64,000 nt of DNA. Source: an uncultured delta proteobacterium. GTDB lineage: Bacteria; Desulfobacterota; RBG-13-43-22. Location: contig CAWGEQ010000050.1 in the NCBI GenBank assembly GCA_963821645.1, positions 174 to 64,173 of the forward strand. The letters run 5' to 3'. Below the pieces are notes generated by a model. It was not told the DNA's origin. It did no database searches and worked only from the letters and a program-made list of their open reading frames with translations. Shown in pieces: positions 19,826 to 28,975 of the stretch (positions are counted from its first letter, which is position 1; every line of letters begins with the position of its first letter). The translations under genes were made by a program, and so were the position numbers.

Positions 19826-20935
19826 CTAAAAATCCGGGGTCAGGACGATCCGTTTGGCCGGAGATCCGGCCTTGTGGACTTCTTCAAAGGTTTCGCGAAT
19901 CGTGCTCATGGGCCTGGATTCCACGAAGGGCATGATGTCGATTTTTTTATTCAGGATCATATCCAGTACGATCGGATAATATTCAGGCAGGCAGCCCCAG
20001 GTTCCGATAATTTCGGCGTCAAAGGCCATTAACCGGCCAAACATATATTCCGCTTTGGACATTCCGAATCCGACGATGATCAGCTTGCCGGTGAAACCGA
20101 GTAAGCCCAAGGCTATTTCCTGCCCGCCCTTGACACCCGTAACTTCAAAAATCTTCCAGCCGAAATTGGGCAGTCCATTGGCCTTGCAAATATTCCGAAA
20201 TTCCTTAGAAACAGCCGAAGCGTCTTTGTCTTTTGAGTTGATGACAAAATCAGCCCCATAGTTTAAAGCCCTCTTCAGCTTTTCTTCATTCCGGGCGATT
20301 CCGATTACGGTCTTGGCCCCCAGGGCCTTAGCCATCTGCCCCATATATTGACCGACTCCTCCGGTGATGCCAATAACGATTACATTGTCACCGGGTTGTA
20401 AATCGGCCCTCTTGGCGGCCTGGTAAGGGGTGGTCCCGGCATCGGCCACCACGGCTAATTGGGCCAGAGAAAAATCCCCCCGATTCTTAACTTCACAGAG
20501 GTCAATGCTGGGGACAGGGATGTGGCTGGAGAATCCGCCATAATTGCCCAGACTGTTACCGGGCATCTTCTGATTCAAACAACGGTTCCCGCGGCCGGTT
20601 TTACAAAGGTGACATTGCCGGCAGGGCATGACCGCCGGAATGACCACTTCCTTTCCAATCCAACCCATATCTCCCGCTACCACGGTCCCGGCGATTTCAT
20701 GACCAAGGGTCAGGGGGGGTTTGACGACCGTAGGAACACCATCATAAAAATATCCCAGGTCCGTATGACAGACCCCACATCCGGCCACCTCGACGAGGAC
20801 CTCTCCCGGCTTAAGTTCCGGAACCGGTATCTCGGTCATCTCAATTTTCCCTGGGGTGATCTCTCCCGTCTCTTTATTTTTAGAAAAGGGCTGTATCATC
20901 TGCCAGGTCTTTATCACGCTTGGTATCTGGGCCAT
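19826..20935 (-). CDS. had: Zn-dependent alcohol dehydrogenase family, probable 6-hydroxycyclohex-1-ene-1-carbonyl-CoA dehydrogenase (Had)
   Basis: 369 aa with the GVCHTDL Zn-ADH motif and a GITGGVGQ NAD fold. It sits directly upstream of bamA, as in known had-oah pairs. Confidence 0.7.
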   Translation of the reverse strand: MAQIPSVIKTWQMIQPFSKNKETGEITPGKIEMTEIPVPELKPGEVLVEVAGCGVCHTDLGYFYDGVPTVVKPPLTLGHEIAGTVVAGDMGWIGKEVVIPAVMPCRQCHLCKTGRGNRCLNQKMPGNSLGNYGGFSSHIPVPSIDLCEVKNRGDFSLAQLAVVADAGTTPYQAAKRADLQPGDNVIVIGITGGVGQYMGQMAKALGAKTVIGIARNEEKLKRALNYGADFVINSKDKDASAVSKEFRNICKANGLPNFGWKIFEVTGVKGGQEIALGLLGFTGKLIIVGFGMSKAEYMFGRLMAFDAEIIGTWGCLPEYYPIVLDMILNKKIDIMPFVESRPMSTIRETFEEVHKAGSPAKRIVLTPDF

Positions 20936-21126
20936 CCTATTTCCTCCTTTGATTATTTTTTTGACAAGTTTAAATTAACCTCGAAATCGAATATCGAAAC
21001 CCCCAATAACCCCCAAAAACTGGAATTTCCCGATAACCGAAACAGAATTTTTCCCATTATTAATTTCTCATTTTGGTTTATTCGAATCTGTTTCGTGCTT
21101 CGGGTTTCGGATTTCAGGCCTTCTCT

Positions 21127-21879
21127 TTAGATCATGCCGTAGCCGCCATCGACACAAAGCAGCTGGCCGGTTATGTAACCGGCTTCATCGGAAGCAAGAA
21201 AAACAAAGGCCGGGGTAATATCTTCCGGTTCGGCAAAACGCTCCAATAAAATACGACGCATGTAAATGTCTTTTAATTTAGGATCGGTTCGGATTTTCTC
21301 GGTCATATCCGTGGCCACTATCCCCAGAGAAATCACATTGACGCAGACATGATAACGGGCCAGTTCCCGGGCGGCTGATTTGGTCAAAGAAAGTAGACCG
21401 CCCTTGGCGGCACTATAGTTGATCTGCCCAACCGTTCCCACCAACCCGGCAACTGATGTCACATTGATGATTTTTCCCTTTTTCTGGTCCATCATAATCA
21501 GAGCCGCGGCCTGAGTACATAAAAAGGCCCCCTTGAGATGAAGGTCCACAACGGCGTCCCATTGTTCTTCCGTCATTTTGTGGAGGAGGTTCGGCCTGGT
21601 AAACCCGGCATTATTGACCAATATGTCCAAATGCCCGAACTGTTCCCTGGCGGCGTTTACAACCGCAAAGGCCTCTTCCTTCTTGGCCACATCTCCCCTG
21701 ACCATTACCGCTTTGCGTCCCAGGCTTTCAATCTGCCGGACAACCTCTTGGGCAGCCGCTTCATTGGAAGCATAGTTAACGATAATGTCTGCGCCTTCCT
21801 TGGCATAGGCCAAAGCCACCGCTCTTCCCACTCCCCGACTAGCTCCGGTGATCACGGCCGTCTTATCCTTTAAACGCAT
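21127..21879 (-). CDS. Short-chain dehydrogenase/reductase (FabG-like)
   Basis: 250 aa with TGASRGVG, NNAG and YSAAK motifs of classical SDRs. Confidence 0.85.
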   Translation of the reverse strand: MRLKDKTAVITGASRGVGRAVALAYAKEGADIIVNYASNEAAAQEVVRQIESLGRKAVMVRGDVAKKEEAFAVVNAAREQFGHLDILVNNAGFTRPNLLHKMTEEQWDAVVDLHLKGAFLCTQAAALIMMDQKKGKIINVTSVAGLVGTVGQINYSAAKGGLLSLTKSAARELARYHVCVNVISLGIVATDMTEKIRTDPKLKDIYMRRILLERFAEPEDITPAFVFLASDEAGYITGQLLCVDGGYGMI

Positions 21880-22036
21880 CAGACCTCCCTTTGCTCCCGG
21901 CTCTATTTTAAAAGGCCGGGAATAATAATCACAAATTAACTATTTTATAGTTATAATATAATTATAAATGGCCAGAAGAAGTTGTCAAGAAAAAAGTGGT
22001 TGTTTTCATATCCTCATGTTTGTTATCTTTAGAACC

Positions 22037-22840
22037 ATGGGCCGCTTAATTTTTATTTTTTTATTCCTTCTTTCCACCATGAGTACGCCCGGATGTTCCA
22101 AACCGGTCGTTCGTACCCCAGTCCTGAGCTCTCCTCCACCACCCCTGGCCCTTCCGAAAAGTCCGCCGGTGGTCTCCAAAAAAACGACCCGCAAGGAAAA
22201 GCCCTACTCCGTAAATGGGAACTGGTATTTCCCGGTCGGTTCTGTGGCCGAATACAAGGAAAAAGGGATCTGCTCCTGGTACGGGCCTGATTTTCAGGGC
22301 AAGCCGACTTCCTCCGGAGAGACCTACGACATGTTCGGATTTACGGCTGCCCATCGGATACTGCCCTTTAATACCCAGGTCCGGGTAAAAAACCCGGCGA
22401 ATAATAAAGAGATCCTGGTGAGGATTAACGATCGGGGACCATTTTTGAAAGAACGCATCCTGGATCTCTCCTATATGGGGGCCAAAGAGCTGGGACTTAT
22501 CGGGCCGGGAACGGCCTTGATTGAATTAGAGGCCTTGGGTATTTTGGAAGAAAGGGAAGAGAACGGGCAAAAGGTTACCCGCCTGGTCCAGCAAGTGGAT
22601 TTTCAACAAGGAGATTTTTCAGTCCAGATCGGGGCCTTTAAAGATCGACAAAATGCCTTGCGCTTGAAGGAAAGGCTGCTGAAAGAATATCCGCAGGTAG
22701 AAGTTTCAGAAATGGTTCGTTTTGGTGAAACCTTCTTTCGGGTAAGACTGACCAATTGTCCCCAACTCCAGGAAGCCCTGCGCTTACAAAAGGAATTAGA
22801 GGGTAAAGGGTTTGTTCAAGCGATGGTAGTAGTTCAATAA
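22037..22840 (+). CDS. rlpA: Septal ring lytic transglycosylase RlpA-family lipoprotein with SPOR domain
   Basis: Contains a DPBB domain (SWYGPDFQGKPTSSGETYD...RINDRGPF) and a C-terminal SPOR-like domain. A lipobox-like TPGC follows a signal peptide. The ORF is open from 21968. Confidence 0.85.
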   Translation: MGRLIFIFLFLLSTMSTPGCSKPVVRTPVLSSPPPPLALPKSPPVVSKKTTRKEKPYSVNGNWYFPVGSVAEYKEKGICSWYGPDFQGKPTSSGETYDMFGFTAAHRILPFNTQVRVKNPANNKEILVRINDRGPFLKERILDLSYMGAKELGLIGPGTALIELEALGILEEREENGQKVTRLVQQVDFQQGDFSVQIGAFKDRQNALRLKERLLKEYPQVEVSEMVRFGETFFRVRLTNCPQLQEALRLQKELEGKGFVQAMVVVQ

Positions 22841-22889
22841 ATCAGGCTGTTCCCTGTTGTTGCCGTTAATAGAAGGGTCTTCTTGACCA

Positions 22890-23180
22890 TCACTCCTGGC
22901 CGGAATTGACGCCTTTTCTTAAAACACCCGAGGTCTTGAAGACAACCACCTTCCTGGCCTTTAACTGCAAGTCCTGATTGGTCTGGGGATTTCGACCGCG
23001 CCGGGCCCGTTTTCTTTTGACCACAAACTTACCGAATCCACTAATCAAAATATTCTCTTCACTGGCCAGGGCCTTTTTCATTATTTCCAATAGTTGTTCT
23101 ATTACATCCCTGGATTGGCTTTTGCTAAAACCTATCTTCTCATAGATGGTGGCAATAATCTTTTCTTTGGTCAGGGCCAT
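22890..23180 (-). CDS. HU/IHF-family DNA-binding protein (IHF-like)
   Basis: 96 aa with GFGKFVVKRKRARRGRNPQT, the beta-arm motif of HU/IHF. Confidence 0.85.
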   Translation of the reverse strand: MALTKEKIIATIYEKIGFSKSQSRDVIEQLLEIMKKALASEENILISGFGKFVVKRKRARRGRNPQTNQDLQLKARKVVVFKTSGVLRKGVNSGQE

Positions 23181-23300
23181 AACCCACTCCTTTCCTCAAT
23201 CAAGACCTTATTAGTAAATTTTTTCTCCCCAGAGGATCAATAGTAACATAACCCATCTAATTTAAAATGAATTTTAATATGCTCTAAGGAAACTGCCTTG

Positions 23301-25283
23301 TCAAGTATTTTTGTTCATTTTGTTTTTAATAGATTTTTGATGAATCTCCCGGGCCGATTGGGCACCTTCGGCCACGGCATCCAATATTTTTCCGGGACTC
23401 AAGGCATCACCAACCAAATGTACCTGAAATCCTTTAATTTTTAATTTTTTAACCAAACCATCTTCCGAACGAACCCCCAGGGCGTTAACAAAAGTAGCAA
23501 TCCCCTTCAAGACCTTTATTGATCGGTGTCCGTCCTTTTCTTGTTTGATATAAGTAAGCTGCCCCGGTGAAAGTGATTTTATACGACAACCGATTAGATT
23601 CTTAACCTTATTCTCTCGAAGTCGGCGCATCAGTAAATATCTTCGGGCCGGTCCGACATCCTTGGCCAATCGATTGCCCATTTCAATGATGGCTACCTTT
23701 TTCCCAAGGTTTGATAAAAAATCGGCTACTTCACACCCGGTATTGCCGCCTCCCAAAATCAGCACCTCTTCACCGATCGTCGTCGGAGAAATCAGGGCCT
23801 TTCGAACGGAAACGACGTCATCCCCTCTAATCCCCGGAATATCCGGATCGATGGGGACCGATCCGGTGGCCAAAATTACATAGTCCGGTTTCAAGTTTTG
23901 GATAATATCCTCCGTAGCCTCGGTCTGTAAAAAAAGACGTACGGTCGAACCTTTCAACTTGTTGGAATAATATCGAATGACTTCCTTAAATTCGGTTTTG
24001 GACTGAGTCATCATGGCCAGTTGGATTTGTCCTCCGATCTTTTCCTCTTTTTCAAAGAGGAAAACCCGGTGGCCCATCTCCTCCAGTCGGGTTGCCGCTT
24101 CGAGCCCTCCCGGGCCTGCGCCGACAACCACGATATTTTTGGGGATGAACTTAGGCCCCGCCACCCATTCTCCGTCCTTTCCTACCGTAGGATTATACAA
24201 ACAGGTAATTGGGCGCTCGGCCATCAAATAATCAATACATCCTTGATTACAACCAACACAGAATCGAATATCTTGGACTTTTCCGGCCCTGGCTTTGTTG
24301 GGCCACTGTGGATCGGCCACTAAGGCCCGCCCGGTGGCCACCAGATCGGCCTGTCCTTCTTCCAAAAGTCTTTCGGCGAATTCGGGGTGTGTGATCCTGC
24401 CAACCCCAATCACCGGGACGGACAAGGCCTTTTTCATGGCCCGGGCCAATTGCAGATGGACCCCTTGGGGAAAAAACAAGGGAGGGATGATCAGATGCGG
24501 GGTTTCATAAACCCCCCCGGAAACATTGATCAGATTGACTCCCCATTGAACGAGCCATTCGGCGGCCTCAATCGCCTCCGGCAGATGCATCCCTTTAGGA
24601 ACATATTCATCGCCACTAATACGAAAGGAAATAAGAAATGTTTCCCCCTGTTCCCGGCGAATCCCTTGAATAATCTCCTTGGAAATCCGCAATCGGTTTA
24701 TTAAATCCCCTCCATAGGCATCCGTGCGGAAATTGCTGTAGGGAGACATGAATTGACTAAGAAGATATTCATGGGCCCCATGCAATTCAACACCGTCAAA
24801 GCCGGCCTCTCTGGCCCTCCTGGCCCCTTCCAAAAAGGCGAAAACGATTTCCTGGATCTCTGATAAAGTCATTTCCTTGGGAGTTTCTTGTCCGACAGGG
24901 CTCCGTACTGGGGAAGGGGCCCAGGGTTGGGTCCCGGAAATAACCGAATTGGTATTTCGGCCTCCATGATGGAGTTGAATAAAAATCTTGGCCCCGGCTT
25001 GGTGGACGGTATTGACCAATATTTTAAGAGCGGGGATTAATTCATCTCGATCAATCGATAATTGATATAAGAAACCCCTTCCACTTTGGTGGACCGCGGT
25101 CCCCTCAACAATAATCAATCCGGCCCCTCCTGAGGCCCTGGCCTGATAATGATGGATCAAAGGGGCGGTTACTTCCCCTTTGGCTGTAGCGAAATTAGTT
25201 CCTAAGGCCGGCATGACGATTCGATTGGGTAGGGTAATCGGACCTAATGGAAGAGGGTCAAAGAGTCTTTTAAAGAAGGTCAT
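23301..25283 (-). CDS. Old-yellow-enzyme-type NADH:flavin oxidoreductase fused to an FAD/NAD(P) module (2,4-dienoyl-CoA reductase family)
   Basis: 660 aa with an N-terminal OYE TIM barrel (PNRIVMPALGTN...LHGAHEYLLSQF), a Cys cluster (CVGCNQGC) and a C-terminal VVGAGPGGLEAA Rossmann module. Confidence 0.8.
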   Translation of the reverse strand: MTFFKRLFDPLPLGPITLPNRIVMPALGTNFATAKGEVTAPLIHHYQARASGGAGLIIVEGTAVHQSGRGFLYQLSIDRDELIPALKILVNTVHQAGAKIFIQLHHGGRNTNSVISGTQPWAPSPVRSPVGQETPKEMTLSEIQEIVFAFLEGARRAREAGFDGVELHGAHEYLLSQFMSPYSNFRTDAYGGDLINRLRISKEIIQGIRREQGETFLISFRISGDEYVPKGMHLPEAIEAAEWLVQWGVNLINVSGGVYETPHLIIPPLFFPQGVHLQLARAMKKALSVPVIGVGRITHPEFAERLLEEGQADLVATGRALVADPQWPNKARAGKVQDIRFCVGCNQGCIDYLMAERPITCLYNPTVGKDGEWVAGPKFIPKNIVVVGAGPGGLEAATRLEEMGHRVFLFEKEEKIGGQIQLAMMTQSKTEFKEVIRYYSNKLKGSTVRLFLQTEATEDIIQNLKPDYVILATGSVPIDPDIPGIRGDDVVSVRKALISPTTIGEEVLILGGGNTGCEVADFLSNLGKKVAIIEMGNRLAKDVGPARRYLLMRRLRENKVKNLIGCRIKSLSPGQLTYIKQEKDGHRSIKVLKGIATFVNALGVRSEDGLVKKLKIKGFQVHLVGDALSPGKILDAVAEGAQSAREIHQKSIKNKMNKNT

Positions 25284-25460
25284 CTGAACTCCTGTAGGTC
25301 TGAAAGGATTATTATTTAAGTCATCGTTTTAAAAATCCGAATTGGGCCGAGGCACCCTGAAGAACTATTGGTCCGGTCAGGCTAAGATATAGAATAAATG
25401 TGGAAAGCTGTCAAATATTTATAGGTCAAACCGTCAGGGATCATATTTCTTAAAGATTCC

Positions 25461-27326
25461 TTATTGTTTATTCTTCCATTTTTTAAGATGAATTAGGAGG
25501 ATGGCGATGGCCGCCGGGGTCACTCCGGAAATACGGGAGGCCTGGCCTATTGATTGGGGACGGATGGACAGAAGCTTTTCTTTTATTTCGTTGGATAATC
25601 CGGACAACTGCCGATAGTCGATCTCCTCAGGGATCAAGGTTTGCTCATTTTTTTCAAAGCGTTTCACTTGCTCCTCCTGTCTTTCCAAGTACCCTTCATA
25701 TTTGGCCTGAATAGCCAATTGTTCAGCCGCCAAGGGCATTATTTGGGCCAAAGAAGGGCATAAAGGATAAAGATCCGGCCATTCGATTTCCGGCCGGCGC
25801 AAGAGATCTTTCAAGGACAGCCGTTTTCGAAGCGGTTGACTCCCTGAGTCTTTTAATACTTGAAGACAGTCAGGAGTCGGAGTGACCTGGGTTTGGTTTA
25901 ACAGTTTCCACCCCCTTTCTATTTCCCGTTTTTTCCGCGAAAAAATACGATATTGTTCGTCAGCCACCAAGCCGATTTCTCTTCCCAGGTCGGTTAACCG
26001 CAGGTCGGCATTATCTTCCCGCAGTAATAAGCGATATTCCGCCCGGGACGTAAACATGCGGTAAGGTTCTTTGGTCCCCTTGGTCACCAAGTCATCTATA
26101 AGGACCCCCACGTAGGCCTGAGACCGGCTTAGGACCAAAGGTCCCCTGCCCTGGCATTTTAAGGCGGCATTGATCCCCGCCATTAAACCCTGAGCAGCCG
26201 CTTCCTCATAACCGGAGGTGCCGTTAATTTGTCCGGCCACATAAAGTCCTTCCACTGACTTTACTTCCAAAGTGGGGTACAATTGTGTGGGGTAGATAAA
26301 GTCATATTCTATGGCATATCCCGGGCGGACCATTTCAACCGCCTCCAACCCGGGTATGGACCTGAGCATGGCTGATTGAACCTCCACCGGTAAGCTGGTA
26401 GAGATGCCGTTGGGGTAATATTCGGTAGTCCTTCGGCCTTCAGGCTCTAAAAATATTTGATGTCTTATCTTATCGGGAAAACGAACAACCTTGTCTTCAA
26501 TCGAAGGACAATAACGAACCCCAATCCCTTTGATCCGTCCGCCATAAAGAGGGGAACGGTCCAAATTGGTCCTAATCAGGTCATGAGTATGAGCGTTGGT
26601 ATACGTTATATAACAGGGGATTTGGGCTTGGGTAATCGCCTCGGTAGTGGAGGAAAAAGGGGTAGGATGGTCATCTCCTCCTTGAGGAACAAGTGATCTA
26701 AAATCGATGGTTTTCCCTTGTAAACGGGGCGTGGTGCCGGTTTTTAGTCGTCCCAGTTCAAGTCCTAAGTTCGTCAGGGAATCGGACAAGGCCAGAGAAG
26801 CCGGGTCCCCCATTCTGCCGGCAGGAAACTGGGTGAAACCGATATGGATCAGGCCTTGCATAAAAGTGCCGGTAGTCAGGATGATGGTCCTGGCCGAAAA
26901 AACCTGACCCAAATTGGTTCTAAGCCCCTTGATCTGACCCCCTTCCACCCAACAGGAATCAACCATGGCCTGTTTGACATCCAACCGCTCCTGATTTTCC
27001 ACGACCCAGCGGAGACGTTGTTTGTAATCATCCATATCGGCCTGGGCCCTGGAAGACCAAACGGCCGGCCCTTTTTGGGTGTTCAGCCGGCGAAACTGGA
27101 TTCCGGTGGCATCTATATTCTTGGCCATTTCGCCGCCCAGGGCGTCAATTTCTTTGACCAGGTGGCCCTTGGCCAACCCGCCTACCGCCGGATTGCAGGA
27201 CATGGCCCCGATATGGTCGATATTAATCGTCAGGAGGAGCGTTTGACATCCCATACGGGCGGCCGCCAGGGCCGCTTCACACCCGGCATGTCCGGCCCCC
27301 ACAACTATGACGTCATAGATTTCCAA
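25461..27326 (-). CDS. mnmG: tRNA uridine 5-carboxymethylaminomethyl modification enzyme MnmG (GidA)
   Basis: 621 aa starting [23 protein letters not shown], typical of GidA throughout. Confidence 0.95.
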   Translation of the reverse strand: MEIYDVIVVGAGHAGCEAALAAARMGCQTLLLTINIDHIGAMSCNPAVGGLAKGHLVKEIDALGGEMAKNIDATGIQFRRLNTQKGPAVWSSRAQADMDDYKQRLRWVVENQERLDVKQAMVDSCWVEGGQIKGLRTNLGQVFSARTIILTTGTFMQGLIHIGFTQFPAGRMGDPASLALSDSLTNLGLELGRLKTGTTPRLQGKTIDFRSLVPQGGDDHPTPFSSTTEAITQAQIPCYITYTNAHTHDLIRTNLDRSPLYGGRIKGIGVRYCPSIEDKVVRFPDKIRHQIFLEPEGRRTTEYYPNGISTSLPVEVQSAMLRSIPGLEAVEMVRPGYAIEYDFIYPTQLYPTLEVKSVEGLYVAGQINGTSGYEEAAAQGLMAGINAALKCQGRGPLVLSRSQAYVGVLIDDLVTKGTKEPYRMFTSRAEYRLLLREDNADLRLTDLGREIGLVADEQYRIFSRKKREIERGWKLLNQTQVTPTPDCLQVLKDSGSQPLRKRLSLKDLLRRPEIEWPDLYPLCPSLAQIMPLAAEQLAIQAKYEGYLERQEEQVKRFEKNEQTLIPEEIDYRQLSGLSNEIKEKLLSIRPQSIGQASRISGVTPAAIAILLIHLKKWKNKQ

Positions 27327-27344
27327 AAATTTCTCCTAATCTCT

Positions 27345-27469
27345 CATGCCTTGTGGGGCGCCACGAAACATGAAATAGGATTCAAGGAGTCAAGGGGCCA
27401 AGGATTCAAGTGAAAGGCTTGGAAGTTAAACCCTTGAACCCCAGAATCCTGGAATCCTTGAACCCTATT
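27345..27469. repeat. Intergenic palindromic repeat family A, copy 1 (about 125 bp)
   Basis: About 80% identical by hand alignment to the reverse complement of 38125..38252. The arms are built from GGATTCAAGG / CCTTGAATCC units. It contains GGGGCGCCACGAA. Confidence 0.8.
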
Positions 27470-27484
27470 TCGTTTTAAAGAAAT

Positions 27485-27522
27485 AAAAACGGCCGATAGA
27501 TCTTTGGGAACCTATCGGCCGT
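27485..27522 (-). terminator. Intrinsic terminator after the Lpp-like gene
   Basis: On the minus strand, ACGGCCGATAG-12 nt-CTATCGGCCGT (11-bp stem) is followed by TTTTTATTTCTTT. Confidence 0.75.
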
Positions 27523-27548
27523 AAAGGGTTTTACCTAATAACCCAAGG

Positions 27549-27914
27549 CTATTTTTTCATCTTTTTCATAAAAATGGCCTCGGCCTTATTGGCAGCGGCT
27601 TCGGCTTTGTCAGCGGCCTTTTCGGCTCTGCCGGCGGCCATCTCAGCCTTTTGAGCGGCCATTTCGGCTTTTTTGGCGGCTGCTTCGGATAAGCTGGCTG
27701 CCGATTCGGCCCTTTTGGCGGCGTTTTCAATCCTGTCATAATCTACCGCCGGGGCAGGTGCGGGGGCTTGAACAACAGGCGCGGGGGCTGGAGCTGCTTG
27801 AGGAGGTTCAGCGGTGGCCTCTTTAAAACAAGCACATCCCAACCCAAAGGCACCAATAAAAGATAATAAAGATAGAATAACTACTGTTCTTAAGACTTTT
27901 CCTGGTCGGATCAT
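27549..27914 (-). CDS. Small Ala-rich predicted lipoprotein ending in Lys (Lpp-like)
   Basis: 121 aa with a signal peptide and lipobox-like FGLGC, a PAPAPAP linker, Ala/Lys/Glu helical repeats (AEKAADKAEAAANKAEA) and the C-terminus ...KKMKK. Confidence 0.7.
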   Translation of the reverse strand: MIRPGKVLRTVVILSLLSFIGAFGLGCACFKEATAEPPQAAPAPAPVVQAPAPAPAVDYDRIENAAKRAESAASLSEAAAKKAEMAAQKAEMAAGRAEKAADKAEAAANKAEAIFMKKMKK

Positions 27915-28027
27915 CTTCTTTCACCTCCTCTCCAAAAATCTTTAATATGTTTTTTACTTTAACTAAAGGGATTGTTCTATTATTTCTAAAAATTAAAGAT
28001 AATATACTGCTTTGTCAAGGAAAAAAA

Positions 28028-28975
28028 TTAATTTTGAGTGATATCGACGGGAATCCCCTGTTTTTCTTCCAGGGCTTTACGCATCAGGTCATCATTGACC
28101 ATTGCAGCCAGACCTAAAGTACTTATTTTTTTTATCCCATATTCGGTAAACTTAGAAATTTTCCCGTAGATATCGGGATGGACTTCCATAAAAATCCTTC
28201 CCTGCTTAAAGCCCACCTTTACCGGTTCATAAATAAGTTCAACCGGTGTTTTTATGGGCACCATGGAAAACAGTACCTTGATATCCTCCGGATACAAACG
28301 AATACACCCATGAGTCACTAAGCGGCCGACAGCCCAAGGGAAATTGGTCCCATGGATACCATAACCGGAGAAGGACAAGCCCATCCAATAGTCCCCTAAT
28401 GGATTATCCGGACCGGGGGGCATGGTTTTCAGTTGATATTTTTCCTGTAAAGACTTGGGAATATGCCAGGTGGGATTTTTCCTTTTTTCGGCCACCCAGC
28501 AGGTTCCTTCGGGACTGAACCAGCCCTGGTCGCCGATCCCGATGGGATAGGTTCGGACCATCCGAATGTTCTTGAAAAAATAATATAATCGCATTTCGGC
28601 GATATTGATCACTATCCCGTACTTGCGACTTTGGGGAAGAATCCATTGACTGGGAATGACGACCTTCATCCCCAGTGGGGGTACCCAGGGGTCGATGTGG
28701 GGGTATAAGGTTTCCAGTTCATTAAATCCCAGATCATAATCCCGGGCCACATCCAAAAAAGTATCTTTTTCTTTAACCGTATATTCTCCCATAAGGCCGA
28801 TGACCGTATCAGCCTTGGGATCTAAGGAAAGTTTTGGGCCTGGAAAACGATAGGGATAGGCCCCGCCGGCCCATGATTCCAAGGGGAGAAAAATAGACCA
28901 CAAAATCCATAGCCCGGCCAGGGAAATCCCGGCCCGATACAAGAAATGAGACCAATTTTTTCTAAAATATCTCAC
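28028..28975 (-). CDS. L,D-transpeptidase (YkuD domain) with LysM-like N-terminal region
   Basis: 315 aa with [21 protein letters not shown], the YkuD catalytic His/Cys motif. Its GTG start overlaps the fdhA stop (GTGA). Confidence 0.88.
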   Translation of the reverse strand: MRYFRKNWSHFLYRAGISLAGLWILWSIFLPLESWAGGAYPYRFPGPKLSLDPKADTVIGLMGEYTVKEKDTFLDVARDYDLGFNELETLYPHIDPWVPPLGMKVVIPSQWILPQSRKYGIVINIAEMRLYYFFKNIRMVRTYPIGIGDQGWFSPEGTCWVAEKRKNPTWHIPKSLQEKYQLKTMPPGPDNPLGDYWMGLSFSGYGIHGTNFPWAVGRLVTHGCIRLYPEDIKVLFSMVPIKTPVELIYEPVKVGFKQGRIFMEVHPDIYGKISKFTEYGIKKISTLGLAAMVNDDLMRKALEEKQGIPVDITQN

